The notes under the pieces were generated by a model. It did not search any database. It had not been told where the DNA came from and saw only the letters and a program-made list of their open reading frames with translations. Below, piece by piece: positions 9,980-20,542 of a stretch of 61,896 bases of DNA. Every line of letters begins with the position of its first letter. The stretch's first letter is position 1. Source of the DNA: Acidobacteriota bacterium (lineage in GTDB: Bacteria > Acidobacteriota > Vicinamibacteria > Vicinamibacterales > 2-12-FULL-66-21); the NCBI GenBank assembly GCA_046731735.1, contig JBKPLP010000010.1, positions 1 through 61,896 on the forward strand. The letters run 5' to 3'. A program made the translations under genes and the position numbers.

Positions 9980-9980
9980 G
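9960..9980. promoter_or_regulatory. HAIR-like HspR operator overlapping the dnaK -35
   Basis: Minus strand CTTGACT-N7-GCTCACA versus consensus CTTGAGT-N7-ACTCAAG (6/7 and 4/7); hspR is in the operon. Confidence 0.6.
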
Positions 9981-9989
9981 CTGTTCCAC

Positions 9990-10017
9990 TGGACTTCTCC
10001 TAAGTGAGTGCTACAAT
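9990..10017 (+). promoter_or_regulatory. Divergent sigma-70 promoter with extended -10
   Basis: TGGACT-16 nt-TACAAT, with TGn immediately before the -10. Confidence 0.55.
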
Positions 10018-10104
10018 GACGCTTGCCAGCCTGTCAGAATGACAGCCCGAAAGGGCTGCCCGACGGAGCCGGGTGTTGAGCCCGGCAAGACCGAAGAGGT
10101 CGAT

Positions 10105-12102
10105 ATGTCCCGCCTCTCGAGTTCGATTCCAAGAGCCAGGAAGTTAGTGTTTGCGTGCATGCTGCTGGGGTGCTGGGTGCCGCTGCATGCCGGGGGACAA
10201 GTCCCCGACAACCCTGCCGCGCCGGAAACGATTGCCGCGGATCAGCCCGCGCACGTGTCCTTCGTCGACGGCGCCGCGGTTCTCGAACGCGACGGCCAGT
10301 CCGATTCGGCGCCCGTGAACATGCCGCTCCTTGCCGGCGATCGCATCCGCACACAAGGAGGGCGCGTCGAGATTCTGTTCGCTGACGGCAGCACGCTGCA
10401 TCTCGATGCGAATACCACCGCCGATTTCCAGTCGGATGAACTTCTGCGCCTTCTCGACGGGCGCGTCCGCCTCGCAATTCCCGGCCCATCGAGCCGGCGC
10501 GTGACGTATCGCATCGACGCGCCGTCGGCGTCGGCCGTAATCCTGCAGCCCGGCGAGTACAAAGTGTCGATCCTGCATTCCACGCGCGACGGAGAGATCG
10601 AGCTCGCCGTGTTGCGCGGCGGCGCGGAGCTCGTAAACGACGAGGGGCGCACGCCGCTGCGCGCGGGTGAACGCGCGTACGCTCGCATGAACGCCGCCCC
10701 CTCGTACGCCTACGCGTTCAACTCGGCATCGTGGGATGCGTTCGATCGCTGGTCCGAGACGCGGCGGGAGCAGCGGCTCGGCGTCTCGACGCAATACCTG
10801 CCCGAGGAAGTGCGCCCTTATGCGACGTCGTTCGATGAGTACGGCTCCTGGCAGTACGCGCCGGCCTATGGCTACGTGTGGTATCCGCGCGTCGCGGTTG
10901 GCTGGCGTCCGTACTATCACGGCCGCTGGGTCACCCTGCGACCATACGGGTGGACGTGGGTCGGCCTCGATCCGTTCGCATGGCCAACGCACCACTTCGG
11001 CCGCTGGGGTTTCTCGGCTGGCGCGTGGTTCTGGATTCCGGGGCACACGTGGGGACCCGCCTGGGTGTCGTGGGGGTATGCGCCAGGTTACGTGAGCTGG
11101 TGTCCTCTCGGGTGGAACAACCGGGCCGTCATCCAGATCAACGCGTTCAGCGGCGCGTACTACCCATGGCACGCGTGGACGGTGGTGCCGCGGCCCTATT
11201 TCGGCGTCGGCTACGTTCACGGGCACTACGTGAACCACGTCGCGCCGCAGGTCTGGCGTACGTTCACGCCGCGCTCCACGGCGCCGGTAACGACGGGCCA
11301 TGCGGTGCCCCGTTCGGCGCAGCCGATTCGCGTCGCCGGCACCGCGGCAGCGGGCCGTTCATCCTCGATCGTTTACACGAATCTGGAACCTGGAGCAGCG
11401 CGGGTACCGTCTGGCGGCCAGCGCGTCATCGTCGGCCAGCCGCGCAGCACTGTCGCGCCCGACTCTCCGCGCCGAAGCGCCGAAACGACGAGAGCGGACG
11501 ATTCGTCCACCGCAGGTCGCGGCACGGCCGTCGATCGCGGTGCCCGGACGTTAACGCCGGTTGAATCGACTCGTGCGTTCGGCGCCGCGGGACAGGTGTC
11601 AACGGATGATCGAAGCGGCGATGTGAATGCGCGCCGTGCGGTGCCCCGCGATCAGCCGATGTATCGCACGCCAACGCCGTCGGTTCCGATCTACGGCCCG
11701 GGCGGCAGGGCTGCAGCCGACTCACGCGCGAATGATGGTCTCTCGCGACGAGGCCCCGCCGGAGCCGAGGCCGATCGGCCTGAGAACGTGTACGGCCGCC
11801 GACCGCCTGCCAGCGATTCGCCAACCTATGGTGTGGCGGTTCCGCGCGAGCGGCCGGGCGTCGCGGGGTCAGGCAGTCAATCGCGCCCGCCGGGCGGATT
11901 CGAGCGTCCCGCACCGGGCAGTGACAGACCGGCGCAGGGTCCACCGTCGCCGCCGCCGTCCGGCTCCGGTGACCGGGGTGGACCCGGAAGCGATCGCGGT
12001 CAGGGCAGCACGGCGCCTCCGCCGGCGGCAGGTGGCAGCGGCGGGCACACACGCGGCGGCGGACAGTCCACCGGGCGCGCCGTCCCGCGGGGCAGGGGCT
12101 AG
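10105..12102 (+). CDS. Secreted FecR-like / DUF6600-type protein with disordered C-terminus
   Basis: Signal peptide, NMPLLAGDRIRT FecR-like region, W/Y/P-rich repeats (WRPYYHGRW, PTHHFGRW, WGPAWVSW), G/P/R/S-rich tail; GAGGT RBS before ATG 10105. Confidence 0.8.
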   Translation: MSRLSSSIPRARKLVFACMLLGCWVPLHAGGQVPDNPAAPETIAADQPAHVSFVDGAAVLERDGQSDSAPVNMPLLAGDRIRTQGGRVEILFADGSTLHLDANTTADFQSDELLRLLDGRVRLAIPGPSSRRVTYRIDAPSASAVILQPGEYKVSILHSTRDGEIELAVLRGGAELVNDEGRTPLRAGERAYARMNAAPSYAYAFNSASWDAFDRWSETRREQRLGVSTQYLPEEVRPYATSFDEYGSWQYAPAYGYVWYPRVAVGWRPYYHGRWVTLRPYGWTWVGLDPFAWPTHHFGRWGFSAGAWFWIPGHTWGPAWVSWGYAPGYVSWCPLGWNNRAVIQINAFSGAYYPWHAWTVVPRPYFGVGYVHGHYVNHVAPQVWRTFTPRSTAPVTTGHAVPRSAQPIRVAGTAAAGRSSSIVYTNLEPGAARVPSGGQRVIVGQPRSTVAPDSPRRSAETTRADDSSTAGRGTAVDRGARTLTPVESTRAFGAAGQVSTDDRSGDVNARRAVPRDQPMYRTPTPSVPIYGPGGRAAADSRANDGLSRRGPAGAEADRPENVYGRRPPASDSPTYGVAVPRERPGVAGSGSQSRPPGGFERPAPGSDRPAQGPPSPPPSGSGDRGGPGSDRGQGSTAPPPAAGGSGGHTRGGGQSTGRAVPRGRG

Positions 12103-12104
12103 AG

Positions 12105-12206
12105 CATTACCAGAATTGCCAGAATTGTCAGAATTGCCAGAATCCATCGGTCAATTCAGGGGACGAAATTCTGGCAATTTTGGCAATTTAGCAATTTTGG
12201 CAATTC
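12105..12206. repeat. Inverted pair of nonamer arrays (AATTGCCAG x4 / TGGCAATT-like x4)
   Basis: attaccag aattgccag aattgtcag aattgccag ... ctggcaatt ttggcaatt tagcaatt ttggcaatt. Confidence 0.9.
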
Positions 12207-12210
12207 ACTG

Positions 12211-14508
12211 ATGGCCACCTACGTCGTCAAGTTCGCGCGCAACGCGGGGATCATCGCGCTCTTCATGATCGCGGCGCTGCTCGGCGTTGCGAGTGGCGCG
12301 ATCTTCGCGTTTGCCGGGGATGTCCCGCAGATCTCCGCCCTCGACGACTATGCGCCGAGCACGATCACACGCGTCTACGGATCGCGCGGCGAGGTGGTCG
12401 GCGAGTTCGCGGTGCAGCGGCGTGAGGTGATTGCCTACGACGCCATGGCGCCGAAGCTGCGGCAGGCGATCATGGCCGCCGAAGACGCGGATTTCGAGCG
12501 GCACATGGGCCTCAGCATCCCCCACATTGTCATGGCCGCCACGCGCGACGTGCTCGGCGCAATCCGCGACCGCGTCACCGGACGCAGGACGCGGCCGAAA
12601 GGCGCGAGCACCATCACCCAGCAGCTCGCCCGCGGGCTTTTCCCGGAGGCGGTCGGCTTCCAGATCGGCGACATCAGCCTCGAACGCAAGATCAAGGAAG
12701 CCATCGTCGCGATCCAGATCGAGAAGCGCTATACGAAGCGCGAGATCTTCACTCTCTATGCCAACCAGATGTATCTGGGCGAGGGCGCATACGGCGTCGA
12801 GGCGGCCGCGCGCGCCTACTATGGGAAATCGGCGAAGGATCTGACGCTCGACGAGGCCGCGATGATCGCGGGCGTGTTCCAGACCTGGCGCAATGCGCCG
12901 ACGGTCAACATGGATCGCGCGAAACGTCGTCAGAACTACGTGCTCCAGCGGATGGCGGAAGAGGGCTACATCACGAAGAAGGAAGCAGACGAGGCCGCCC
13001 AGCGCCCGATCGTCCTGGCGACCGCCGCCACGCAGAACAATTCCATCGCGCCCTATTTCGTCGAAGAGGTCCGTAAGGAGCTGGAAGCGCGATACGGGGC
13101 GAAGCGGCTTTACGAGAACGGTCTGTCGGTTCACACGGCGCTCGACGTGAAGCTGCAGGACGCGGCGAGCCGGGCGCTCGATGATGGATTGAGGCGCATC
13201 GACCGGCGGCGCGGCTTCCGCAAGCCGAAGTCCAACGTGATTGCGGAGGGACGCACGATCGAGGGCTTCCGTCACGCGCGCTGGGATCGGCCGATGGCAG
13301 TGAATGACGTCGTGCCGGCGGTGGTGACGGGAGCCGACGCCGCCACGATCCAGCTTCGCGCCGGCGCACTGCGCGTCATCGTCGACAAGAAAGGATTCGC
13401 GTGGAGCGGTAAGTCCGCCGGCACGCAGCTCGTTACCGCTGGAGATGTCGTCGAAACAAGGCTGGTGACCATCGACGACACGGCCCATACGGCAACCGGT
13501 TCGCTCGAACAACCACCGATCGTCGAAGGCGCCGTGCTGGCTCTCGACAACCACACCGGCCAGATCAAGGCGCTCATCGGCGGCTACAGTTTCGAGCGCA
13601 GCAAATTCGATCGCGCGATGCAGGCGTATCGGCAGGTCGGTTCCGCGTTCAAACCCATCGTCTACACCGCAGCCATCGATCGCGGATATACGCCGGCCAC
13701 CATCATCATGGACACGCCGGCGACCTTCCCCGGCGGCACCGGATCCCCGGCCTACACGCCGCTGAACTACGACAAAGCGTTCGAAGGTCCTGTCACGCTG
13801 CGGCACGCGCTCGAGGAATCGCGGAATGTGCCCGCGGTGCGGGTGATGGACCAGGTGGGCCCGGCGCACGTCATTCAGTACGCACGCAAACTCGGACTGC
13901 AATCCCCGATTCCGCCTTACCTGGCGGTCGCGCTCGGCGCCGCGGAGGCGACGCTGTTCGAGATGACGTCCGCATATTCCGTCTTCCCGAACCAGGGCGT
14001 GCGGATGCGCCCCTATCCGATCATGAAAGTGCTGGATCGCGAGGGCAACGTCCTCGAGGACAACCGGCCGGAGCCGAAGGACGCGATCCGGGCGGACACG
14101 GCGTTCGTGATGACCAACCTCCTGCGCGGCGTGGTGCAGCGCGGCACTGCGGCGAAGGCAGCCTCGCTCAACTGGCCGCTCGGCGGCAAGACCGGCACCA
14201 CCGACGATTACACGGATGCGTGGTTCATCGGCTTCGACCCGGACATCACCGTCGGCGTGTGGGTCGGACTGGATCAGAAGAAGCCGATCGGACACAACAT
14301 GACCGGTGCGGAAGCCGCGCTTCCGATCTGGATGGACATCATGAAGGCGTGGATCGGCGATCGGAAGGAGCCACCCTCGTTCACACCCCCCGGCAACATC
14401 ATCTTCGTCAATGTCGACAAGAGCACGGGCTCAGCCGCCGACCCGACGACGCCGGGCACGATCCCGGAGGCGTTCATTGCCGGCACGCAGCCTGGGAGCA
14501 TCCGGTGA
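12211..14508 (+). CDS. mrcA: Class A penicillin-binding protein (PBP1A)
   Basis: EDADF, GASTITQQL, RKIKE transglycosylase motifs; SAFK, SRN, KTGT transpeptidase motifs. Confidence 0.92.
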   Translation: MATYVVKFARNAGIIALFMIAALLGVASGAIFAFAGDVPQISALDDYAPSTITRVYGSRGEVVGEFAVQRREVIAYDAMAPKLRQAIMAAEDADFERHMGLSIPHIVMAATRDVLGAIRDRVTGRRTRPKGASTITQQLARGLFPEAVGFQIGDISLERKIKEAIVAIQIEKRYTKREIFTLYANQMYLGEGAYGVEAAARAYYGKSAKDLTLDEAAMIAGVFQTWRNAPTVNMDRAKRRQNYVLQRMAEEGYITKKEADEAAQRPIVLATAATQNNSIAPYFVEEVRKELEARYGAKRLYENGLSVHTALDVKLQDAASRALDDGLRRIDRRRGFRKPKSNVIAEGRTIEGFRHARWDRPMAVNDVVPAVVTGADAATIQLRAGALRVIVDKKGFAWSGKSAGTQLVTAGDVVETRLVTIDDTAHTATGSLEQPPIVEGAVLALDNHTGQIKALIGGYSFERSKFDRAMQAYRQVGSAFKPIVYTAAIDRGYTPATIIMDTPATFPGGTGSPAYTPLNYDKAFEGPVTLRHALEESRNVPAVRVMDQVGPAHVIQYARKLGLQSPIPPYLAVALGAAEATLFEMTSAYSVFPNQGVRMRPYPIMKVLDREGNVLEDNRPEPKDAIRADTAFVMTNLLRGVVQRGTAAKAASLNWPLGGKTGTTDDYTDAWFIGFDPDITVGVWVGLDQKKPIGHNMTGAEAALPIWMDIMKAWIGDRKEPPSFTPPGNIIFVNVDKSTGSAADPTTPGTIPEAFIAGTQPGSIR

Positions 14509-14517
14509 ACCCCTGAT

Positions 14518-14559
14518 CCCTCGACGACGCTCAGGATCAGCCTGAGCCCAGTCGAAGGG
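14518..14559. repeat. Palindromic repeat, CCTCGAC..CTCAGG/CCTGAG..GTCGAAGG family
   Basis: Hairpin; related degenerate copies at 36898-36950. Confidence 0.65.
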
Positions 14560-14588
14560 CTGATTGGCGATTGCTGATGCGTAAGCCC

Positions 14589-14963
14589 ATGCAAACCGCT
14601 GCAATTCTGGCGCTGCCCGTGTTGCTGTGCGCCGCTGCATGCGGCTCACCGACATCCCCGACCTCCACGGGCGTCGCGGGAACCGTGTTCCGCGGGCCGG
14701 TCGCGCCGGTCTGTACGCTCAATCAGCCGTGCGAGGCGCCCTTCAAGGCAAGTTTCAGCGTTCAACGCGGAACGACGCGGGTCACGTCTTTCCAGTCGGA
14801 CGAGCAAGGGCATTTCGAGGTGCGTCTCTCACCCGGCAGCTACGTCGTCGTCCCTGAAGCGGACGCGCCGATCATCTCACCGCAGTCGCAGGCCAAGGAC
14901 GTTACCGTCGGCGCGACCGGCCTGACGATGGTGGAGCTGCATTTCGATACGGGGATCCGGTAG
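14589..14963 (+). CDS. Lipoprotein with a carboxypeptidase-regulatory-like beta-sandwich domain
   Basis: Lipobox AAAC, SDEQGHFEVRLSPGSYVV; start could be 14577. Confidence 0.7.
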   Translation: MQTAAILALPVLLCAAACGSPTSPTSTGVAGTVFRGPVAPVCTLNQPCEAPFKASFSVQRGTTRVTSFQSDEQGHFEVRLSPGSYVVVPEADAPIISPQSQAKDVTVGATGLTMVELHFDTGIR

Positions 14964-14984
14964 CAACTGCGGTATCGGCGTGAC

Positions 14985-16122
14985 TCAGTCCTCGTCCGCG
15001 ACCGCTGCGGACAACGTGCCCGACGCCTTCTTCATCAGATAGCTCTTGATGAATCCATCGATGTCGCCGTCGAGCACGCGGTTGACATCTCCCACCTGCT
15101 CCTTGGTGCGGTGGTCCTTGATCATCTGGTAGGGATGCAGCACGTAGCTGCGAATCTGGCTGCCGAAGGCGATGTCTTTCTTCTCACCCCCGAGCTGATC
15201 GAGTTTCGCCTGCTGCTCCTTCATCTTCAGATCGAACAGCCGCGCCTTCAGCACCTTCATGGCCGAGTCGCGGTTGCGGTGCTGCGAACGCTCGTTCTGC
15301 GACGAGACGACGATCCCGGTCGGCAGATGGGTGATCCGGACCGCGGAGTCGGTGACGTTGACGTGCTGGCCGCCGGCGCCGCTCGACCGGTAGGTGTCAA
15401 TCCGCAGATCCTTCTCCTCGATCTCGACGTCGACGTCTTCGGGCAACTCCGGCCAGACGAAGACGGAGGCGAACGACGTGTGCCGACGCGACGCCTGGTC
15501 GAAGGGAGAGATGCGCACCAGCCGGTGCACCCCGGCCTCCGCGAGCAGCATCCCGTAGGCGTAATCTCCTTGCATCAGGACGGTCGCGCTCTTGATTCCC
15601 GCCTCGTCGCCGGGCTGCAGGTCGATGACGTCGCGTTTGAAGCCGCGCCGCTCCGACCAGCGCAGGTACATGCGCAGGAGCATCTCCGCCCAGTCCTGCG
15701 ATTCGGTTCCGCCGGCGCCCGGGTGAATCGTCACGATCGCGTTCTTGCGATCGTGCTCGCCGCCAAGCATCTTCTTGGTTTCGCCGGCGTCGACCACCGA
15801 TGCGAGATCGTCGAGTCCGCGTGCCAGATCGTCGAGTACCGGCTCGCCCGCCTCGGCCCATTCGACGAGCACGGCAAGATCCTCGGTCTTGCTGCGAATC
15901 GATTCGCCGAGCTCGCGATCTTCCTCGAGCCGGCGCCGCCGCTGCATCACCTTCTGCGCGGCGGCCTGATCCTTCCAGAAATCCGGCGCAGAGACGCGGT
16001 GCTCGATCTCGGAGAGTTCCTGTGCGGGGTGAGCGGCGTCAAAGATAGCTCCGCAGATCGGCGGCCCGGCGCGTCAGGTCCTGGTATCTGCGGAGCTGGT
16101 CATCGAGTTGTTGTAAAGGCAT
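14985..16122 (-). CDS. prfB: Peptide chain release factor 2 with programmed +1 frameshift
   Basis: 27 codons from ATG 16122 to CTT-TGA-C (16044-16038), then +1 frame DAAHPAQEL...PDFWKD; SPF and GGQ motifs. Confidence 0.96.
16038..16053 (-). promoter_or_regulatory. prfB autoregulatory frameshift site
   Basis: CGGAGC TAT CTT TGA C: SD-like element, slippery CTT-T and UGA. Confidence 0.92.
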
Positions 16123-17668
16123 TTCCGCTTGATTCTATTCTACGAAACGTGACCAGCAGCGCCGCCATGACGATCGCCAGCGACAGCCACGCGACCAGAT
16201 CTCCGATCCGGTTGTAGATCGTACGGTCTTTCAGGAAGCGAATATCGCGCACCACGACGGCGGGCTCGAAGAGCGAAGTCTTCGCAATGACGCGGCCGTA
16301 GGGATCGACGAAGCCGCTGATCCCCGTATTGGCCGCGCGTGCGAGGTACCGGCCCCCTTCGATGGCCCGCATCGAGGCCTGGTCCCAGTGCTGGTAAGCG
16401 GCTGACGATCGGCCGTACCAGGCGTCATTGGTAATCGTCGTCAGGAGCTCGCTTCCGTCGCGGACGAATCGCCGGATGAGATCGGGATAGATGACTTCAT
16501 AACAGATCGCCGTGCTCGCGACATGGGAGCCGATCGGCAGCATTACCGGATCGGTCCCGGGCGTGAATGGCGAGAAATCGGCGACGGCGCCGATGATCGG
16601 CCCCGCAAAAAACAGGAGCGATTGCAGCGGCACGTACTCGCCGAACGGGACCAGATGCATCTTTCGGTAGACCGCGCCGACGGTCCCGTCAGGCTTTACG
16701 AGAAACGCGGCGTTGTAGTAACGCGCCGTCACCTTGTCAGCCGCCGGTGACGTCTTCACAGGCTCCACCTGATCGCTGCCGATGAGGAGTGTCGCGCCCG
16801 ACTGGGCGGCGAGTCGCCGAATCGCTCCGCCCCCCAGAATGTCCTGTTCGAACGGCAGCGGGGTCGCCGATTCCGGCCACAGGATGAACGTCGCGCCTTG
16901 CCCCAGCGCCTGACGCGTCATCGCGATGTAGCGCTCGGTAATCTCCCCGCGCATCGCCGGATCCCACTTCTGGTCCTGCGCGATGTTGCCCTGCACGACG
17001 GCGACCCGCACCGGTTCGCCGTGCGAGAGAAGGTTCGAGGCGCGAAGCCGCGCGCTCCCCCAGACGGCGATCAGCACGACGAGTGCGACGCTCGAACCGC
17101 TGACCATCCACCTCGACCGGTCGCGCGAGATTGATGCATACGCGACGGCTGTGCCCGTCAACGCGAGCAGTCCGGAAAGACCATACACGCCAACGACCGA
17201 CGCCAGCTGCGCGACAGGAAGCACCGTCACCTGGCTGTAACCGAGCAGCGTCCAGGGGAAGCCGTCCCAGACGTACTGTCGACCGAGCTCGCCGCTCACC
17301 CACACAGCCGGCGCCAGCAGCAGCCCGATCGGACCGAAGCGCGCGCGAAACCGCGACGTAATGAGTGCGAACAGCGCCGGAAACAGTGCGAGATATGCCA
17401 CGAGGAGCGCCGCGGCGAAGATCGCGACGGGTGTCGCGAGCCCGCCAAACGTCGTCATCGTCTCGACAAGCCAGTAGAGGGTTCCGCCGAACGCGACGAG
17501 GCCGGTGGTGAGACCCATGAGGAACGCGCGGCGCGGCGCCATGCGAGGGGCGCGCGCGAGTGAGGAAATCAACGGTGTCAGCGCCAGCCAGGCGCACGCG
17601 GGATGGCCGAATTTCGGAAAGCTGAGCGCGAGCAGAGCGCCCGAGAGCAGTGCTAACGGGTAATCCAG
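16100..17668 (-). CDS. lnt: Apolipoprotein N-acyltransferase (start uncertain, probably CTG 17668)
   Basis: GFPW, VQGNI, WPESA, YRKMHLVPFGEYVP, ICYE, TNDAWY, RAANTGIS. Confidence 0.92.
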   Translation of the reverse strand: MDYPLALLSGALLALSFPKFGHPACAWLALTPLISSLARAPRMAPRRAFLMGLTTGLVAFGGTLYWLVETMTTFGGLATPVAIFAAALLVAYLALFPALFALITSRFRARFGPIGLLLAPAVWVSGELGRQYVWDGFPWTLLGYSQVTVLPVAQLASVVGVYGLSGLLALTGTAVAYASISRDRSRWMVSGSSVALVVLIAVWGSARLRASNLLSHGEPVRVAVVQGNIAQDQKWDPAMRGEITERYIAMTRQALGQGATFILWPESATPLPFEQDILGGGAIRRLAAQSGATLLIGSDQVEPVKTSPAADKVTARYYNAAFLVKPDGTVGAVYRKMHLVPFGEYVPLQSLLFFAGPIIGAVADFSPFTPGTDPVMLPIGSHVASTAICYEVIYPDLIRRFVRDGSELLTTITNDAWYGRSSAAYQHWDQASMRAIEGGRYLARAANTGISGFVDPYGRVIAKTSLFEPAVVVRDIRFLKDRTIYNRIGDLVAWLSLAIVMAALLVTFRRIESSGNAFTTTR

Positions 17669-18402
17669 GACTGGAACTGTTCTTCCTTCTTGATGCGCGC
17701 CGACACCTGCTCTGCTTCGCCACGGTCGCTGTAGCGGCCGACGTGCACCTTGTAAAACGGCTGCGCCGCGCCTGCCGCCGGGCTCACGAGAAATGCCGGA
17801 TACCCCTTCCCGGCGAGCTTCTTCACCACGCTGCCCGCGACCTCGCGATTGGGAGTCGCGATTACCTGGACCACCCAGGCTCCCGGTTTTCCGGATGTCG
17901 GCACGCCGGCATCGACAGGCGGCGCGGCCTGCCTGGCGGAAGCCGCGGGCGGATTTGCGGGAGTGGCCACGGGCGGCGTGGGTGCCGCAGCCTGACGCCC
18001 GGTGGCGCCGGAAGCGTTCTTGGGACCGGAGCCGGAGGAAGCCGCCGGCTTGGGTTCGGTCTGGGGCTTCAACGTTTCCGCGGGCGCGCTGTCTCCCTGC
18101 AGGCGCTTGTGATAGCTGAGCTCCTCGGGCGTTTCGGCCGCTGGGGCGGGAGGTTCGGTCGCCGGCGGCCCGGCCTCGGCGGCGGGCTTTGGCTGCGACT
18201 GGGGAGCGGCGGCAGCCGTGGCGGCAACCTGGTCGGGTTCGTCGCCCTGCACCGCGCGAACGCCGCGTCCGACTTTGACTCCGCACAGGAACACGACGAC
18301 GATGACGGTCGTGGACGCGATGAACAGGAAGACGAGCTGCTTCCCGCTCAACTGAATCTCGTGGAACCCGTCCTCCGCGGCGTCGTGTGAAAGCTCGGTC
18401 AA
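17653..18402 (-). CDS. SPOR-domain cell division protein (FtsN/DedD-like)
   Basis: N-terminal TM helix, Pro/Ala linker, WVVQV...LAGKGY...YKVHVGRY. Confidence 0.85.
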   Translation of the reverse strand: MTELSHDAAEDGFHEIQLSGKQLVFLFIASTTVIVVVFLCGVKVGRGVRAVQGDEPDQVAATAAAAPQSQPKPAAEAGPPATEPPAPAAETPEELSYHKRLQGDSAPAETLKPQTEPKPAASSGSGPKNASGATGRQAAAPTPPVATPANPPAASARQAAPPVDAGVPTSGKPGAWVVQVIATPNREVAGSVVKKLAGKGYPAFLVSPAAGAAQPFYKVHVGRYSDRGEAEQVSARIKKEEQFQSWITR

Positions 18403-18405
18403 CGT

Positions 18406-19161
18406 CTACGTCCTGCCCGTACCTTTGATCAGATTCATCAGCTCAATGGGCAGCGGAAAGATGATCGTGGAGTTCTTTTCGGACGCGATCTCGGTGAGCG
18501 TCTGCAGGTAGCGCAGAGTAATCGTCATCGGCTCAACCGCCATTACTGAGGCCGCCGATGCGAGCTTCTCAGACGCTTCGAGCTCGCCCGCTGCATGGAT
18601 GATCTTAGCACGCTTCTCGCGCTCGGCTTCCGCCTGCTTGGCCATCGCGCGCTGCATATCGGGGGGCAGGTCGACGTGCTTCACCTCGACTGACGAGACC
18701 TTGATCCCCCACGGGTCCGTGTGCTGGTCGAGGATCTGCTGCAGCTGCTGATTCAGCCGCTCCCGCTCGGAGAGCAGGTCGTCGAGATCCACCTGACCGA
18801 GCACGCTTCGCAGGGTCGTCTGCGCGAGCTGCGACGTGGCATAGTGATAGCTCTCGACCTCCACGATCGCGCGCCTGGGATCCATGACACGAAAGTACAC
18901 GACGGCATTGACTTTGACGGAGACGTTGTCGCGCGTGATGACATCCTGCGGAGGCACGTCCATGACGATCGTGCGCAGGCTGACGCGCACCATCCGATCG
19001 ATGGGCGCGAAGACCAGGATGACCCCCGGCCCCTTCGGGCTGGCGAGCAGCTTTCCGAGCCGGAAGATGACGGCGCGCTCGTACTCGTTCAGGATCTTGA
19101 TCGAGGTGAGCAGATAGAAGACGACAATCGCGGCGATGATCAGCACTGGCGAAAATGGCAC
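18406..19161 (-). CDS. SPFH/stomatin (slipin) family protein
   Basis: [39 protein letters not shown]; GGAGG RBS before GTG 19161. Confidence 0.93.
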   Translation of the reverse strand: MPFSPVLIIAAIVVFYLLTSIKILNEYERAVIFRLGKLLASPKGPGVILVFAPIDRMVRVSLRTIVMDVPPQDVITRDNVSVKVNAVVYFRVMDPRRAIVEVESYHYATSQLAQTTLRSVLGQVDLDDLLSERERLNQQLQQILDQHTDPWGIKVSSVEVKHVDLPPDMQRAMAKQAEAEREKRAKIIHAAGELEASEKLASAASVMAVEPMTITLRYLQTLTEIASEKNSTIIFPLPIELMNLIKGTGRT

Positions 19162-19204
19162 GGGGCGCCTCCGCGGCGATGATATCACCCGGGTCAGACC
19201 GCGG

Positions 19205-20542
19205 TCAGACGACCGGCAGGGCCCTGGTGTGACTCCGGTCTGAGCCCACTGGCGACACATGCAGGTGCAAGCCGTCCACCGCCGTGATTCGGACGGGATC
19301 GCCGGCCCCAACCGGGCCATCGGTGCTCGCGTTCCAGATCTCGCCGTGGGCGCGCACGCGCCCCACCTCGCCCGGCTGGATCGCGGTCAGCGCCGTGCCA
19401 ATCTCATCGACCATCCCAGACGTGCCGGTCACCGGACGGGTGCGCTGTGAGTTCACGGCAAGCGTCACGAGGAACAGCAGGATACCGGCAATCGCCACGG
19501 TGACCGGAATGATCAGCCGCAGCCCAATCTGCATCTCCGGCAGCGGCGAATCGATCAACATGAGCGATCCGAAGAACAACGACAGGACGCCGCCGACCCC
19601 AAGCAGTCCGTAGCTCGTCACCTTCACTTCCAGCACGAGGAGCGCCAGGCCGAACATGATCAGCAGCACGCCGGCGTAGCTGACCGGCAGAACCTGGAAG
19701 GCGAAGAACGCCAGCAGCAGGCAGAGTCCGCCGGCGATGCCTGGCAATATGGCGCCGGGACTCCACAGTTCGATCGTCAAACCGAGCGTACCGAGCGTCA
19801 GCAGCAGGTACGCGATCTGCGGATGCGCGACCGCGCTCAGAACCCGCTGCTGCCAGGACATCGGAACCGCGACGGTGGACGTCCCGGCCGTGTGAAGCAC
19901 TTCAGTGCGTCCATCGAAGCGTGTCACGGTCTTTCCGTCCAGCTTCCGTACGAGATCCGGCACGTCGTTGGCGACCACGTCGATGAGCGGCGGCTGAGCG
20001 GAGATGGCCTCCTGTTCCGTGAACGAGCGGCTCTCGAGGACGCCCTGTTCGACGAGGCCGACGTTCCGCTTGCGCTGGGTCGCGAGCGTCCGGGCGTAGG
20101 CCGCGATGTCGGACGCCATTTTCTTCGCCATCGTGTCGTCGATCTTTTCGCCGTTTCCGGCCACCGGATGCGCGGCGCCGATGTGCGTGCCAGGCGCCAT
20201 GGCCGCCACGTCGGCGGCAATCGTGATCAGGAACCCGGCGGAGGCGGCCCGATTCCCTGACGGCCCGACGAACACGGCTACCGGAGTCTTCGCCTTGATG
20301 ATCGAGTTGTTGATATCGCGCGTGGAGTCGACGAGCCCGCCCGGCGTCCGCAGCGTGATGACGACGAGCGCCGCATTGGCGGCGTCCGCCCGTTCAATCA
20401 CCTGACGCACGTAGTCCGCCGCGACGGGGTGGATGATGCCGTCGATTTCGGCGGTGTACACGCCTCCCGTCGGCGACGGTGTGGGGAGCGCTGAAGAGGC
20501 GAACCACGCGATCGTGAGAAGCCGAAGAAGTGGTGTCCGCAT
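19205..20542 (-). CDS. nfeD: NfeD-family membrane-bound serine protease (long form)
   Basis: [26 protein letters not shown] region, C-terminal GEIWNA domain; paired with SPFH gene. Confidence 0.9.
   Translation of the reverse strand: MRTPLLRLLTIAWFASSALPTPSPTGGVYTAEIDGIIHPVAADYVRQVIERADAANAALVVITLRTPGGLVDSTRDINNSIIKAKTPVAVFVGPSGNRAASAGFLITIAADVAAMAPGTHIGAAHPVAGNGEKIDDTMAKKMASDIAAYARTLATQRKRNVGLVEQGVLESRSFTEQEAISAQPPLIDVVANDVPDLVRKLDGKTVTRFDGRTEVLHTAGTSTVAVPMSWQQRVLSAVAHPQIAYLLLTLGTLGLTIELWSPGAILPGIAGGLCLLLAFFAFQVLPVSYAGVLLIMFGLALLVLEVKVTSYGLLGVGGVLSLFFGSLMLIDSPLPEMQIGLRLIIPVTVAIAGILLFLVTLAVNSQRTRPVTGTSGMVDEIGTALTAIQPGEVGRVRAHGEIWNASTDGPVGAGDPVRITAVDGLHLHVSPVGSDRSHTRALPVV

Noticed and set aside
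9963-10014. CIRCE (HrcA) operator
   Set aside because: Only two right-half-like sequences (GAGCGCTAA, GAGTGCTAC) in direct orientation; no matching left half at 9-nt spacing.
10040-10100. c-di-GMP-I riboswitch
   Set aside because: A GAAA-capped stem is present, but the conserved flanking nucleotides and tetraloop receptor were not recognisable. Kept only as an unassigned structured leader.
14985-16122. prfB as a pseudogene
   Set aside because: The break is the canonical CTT-TGA-C programmed frameshift.
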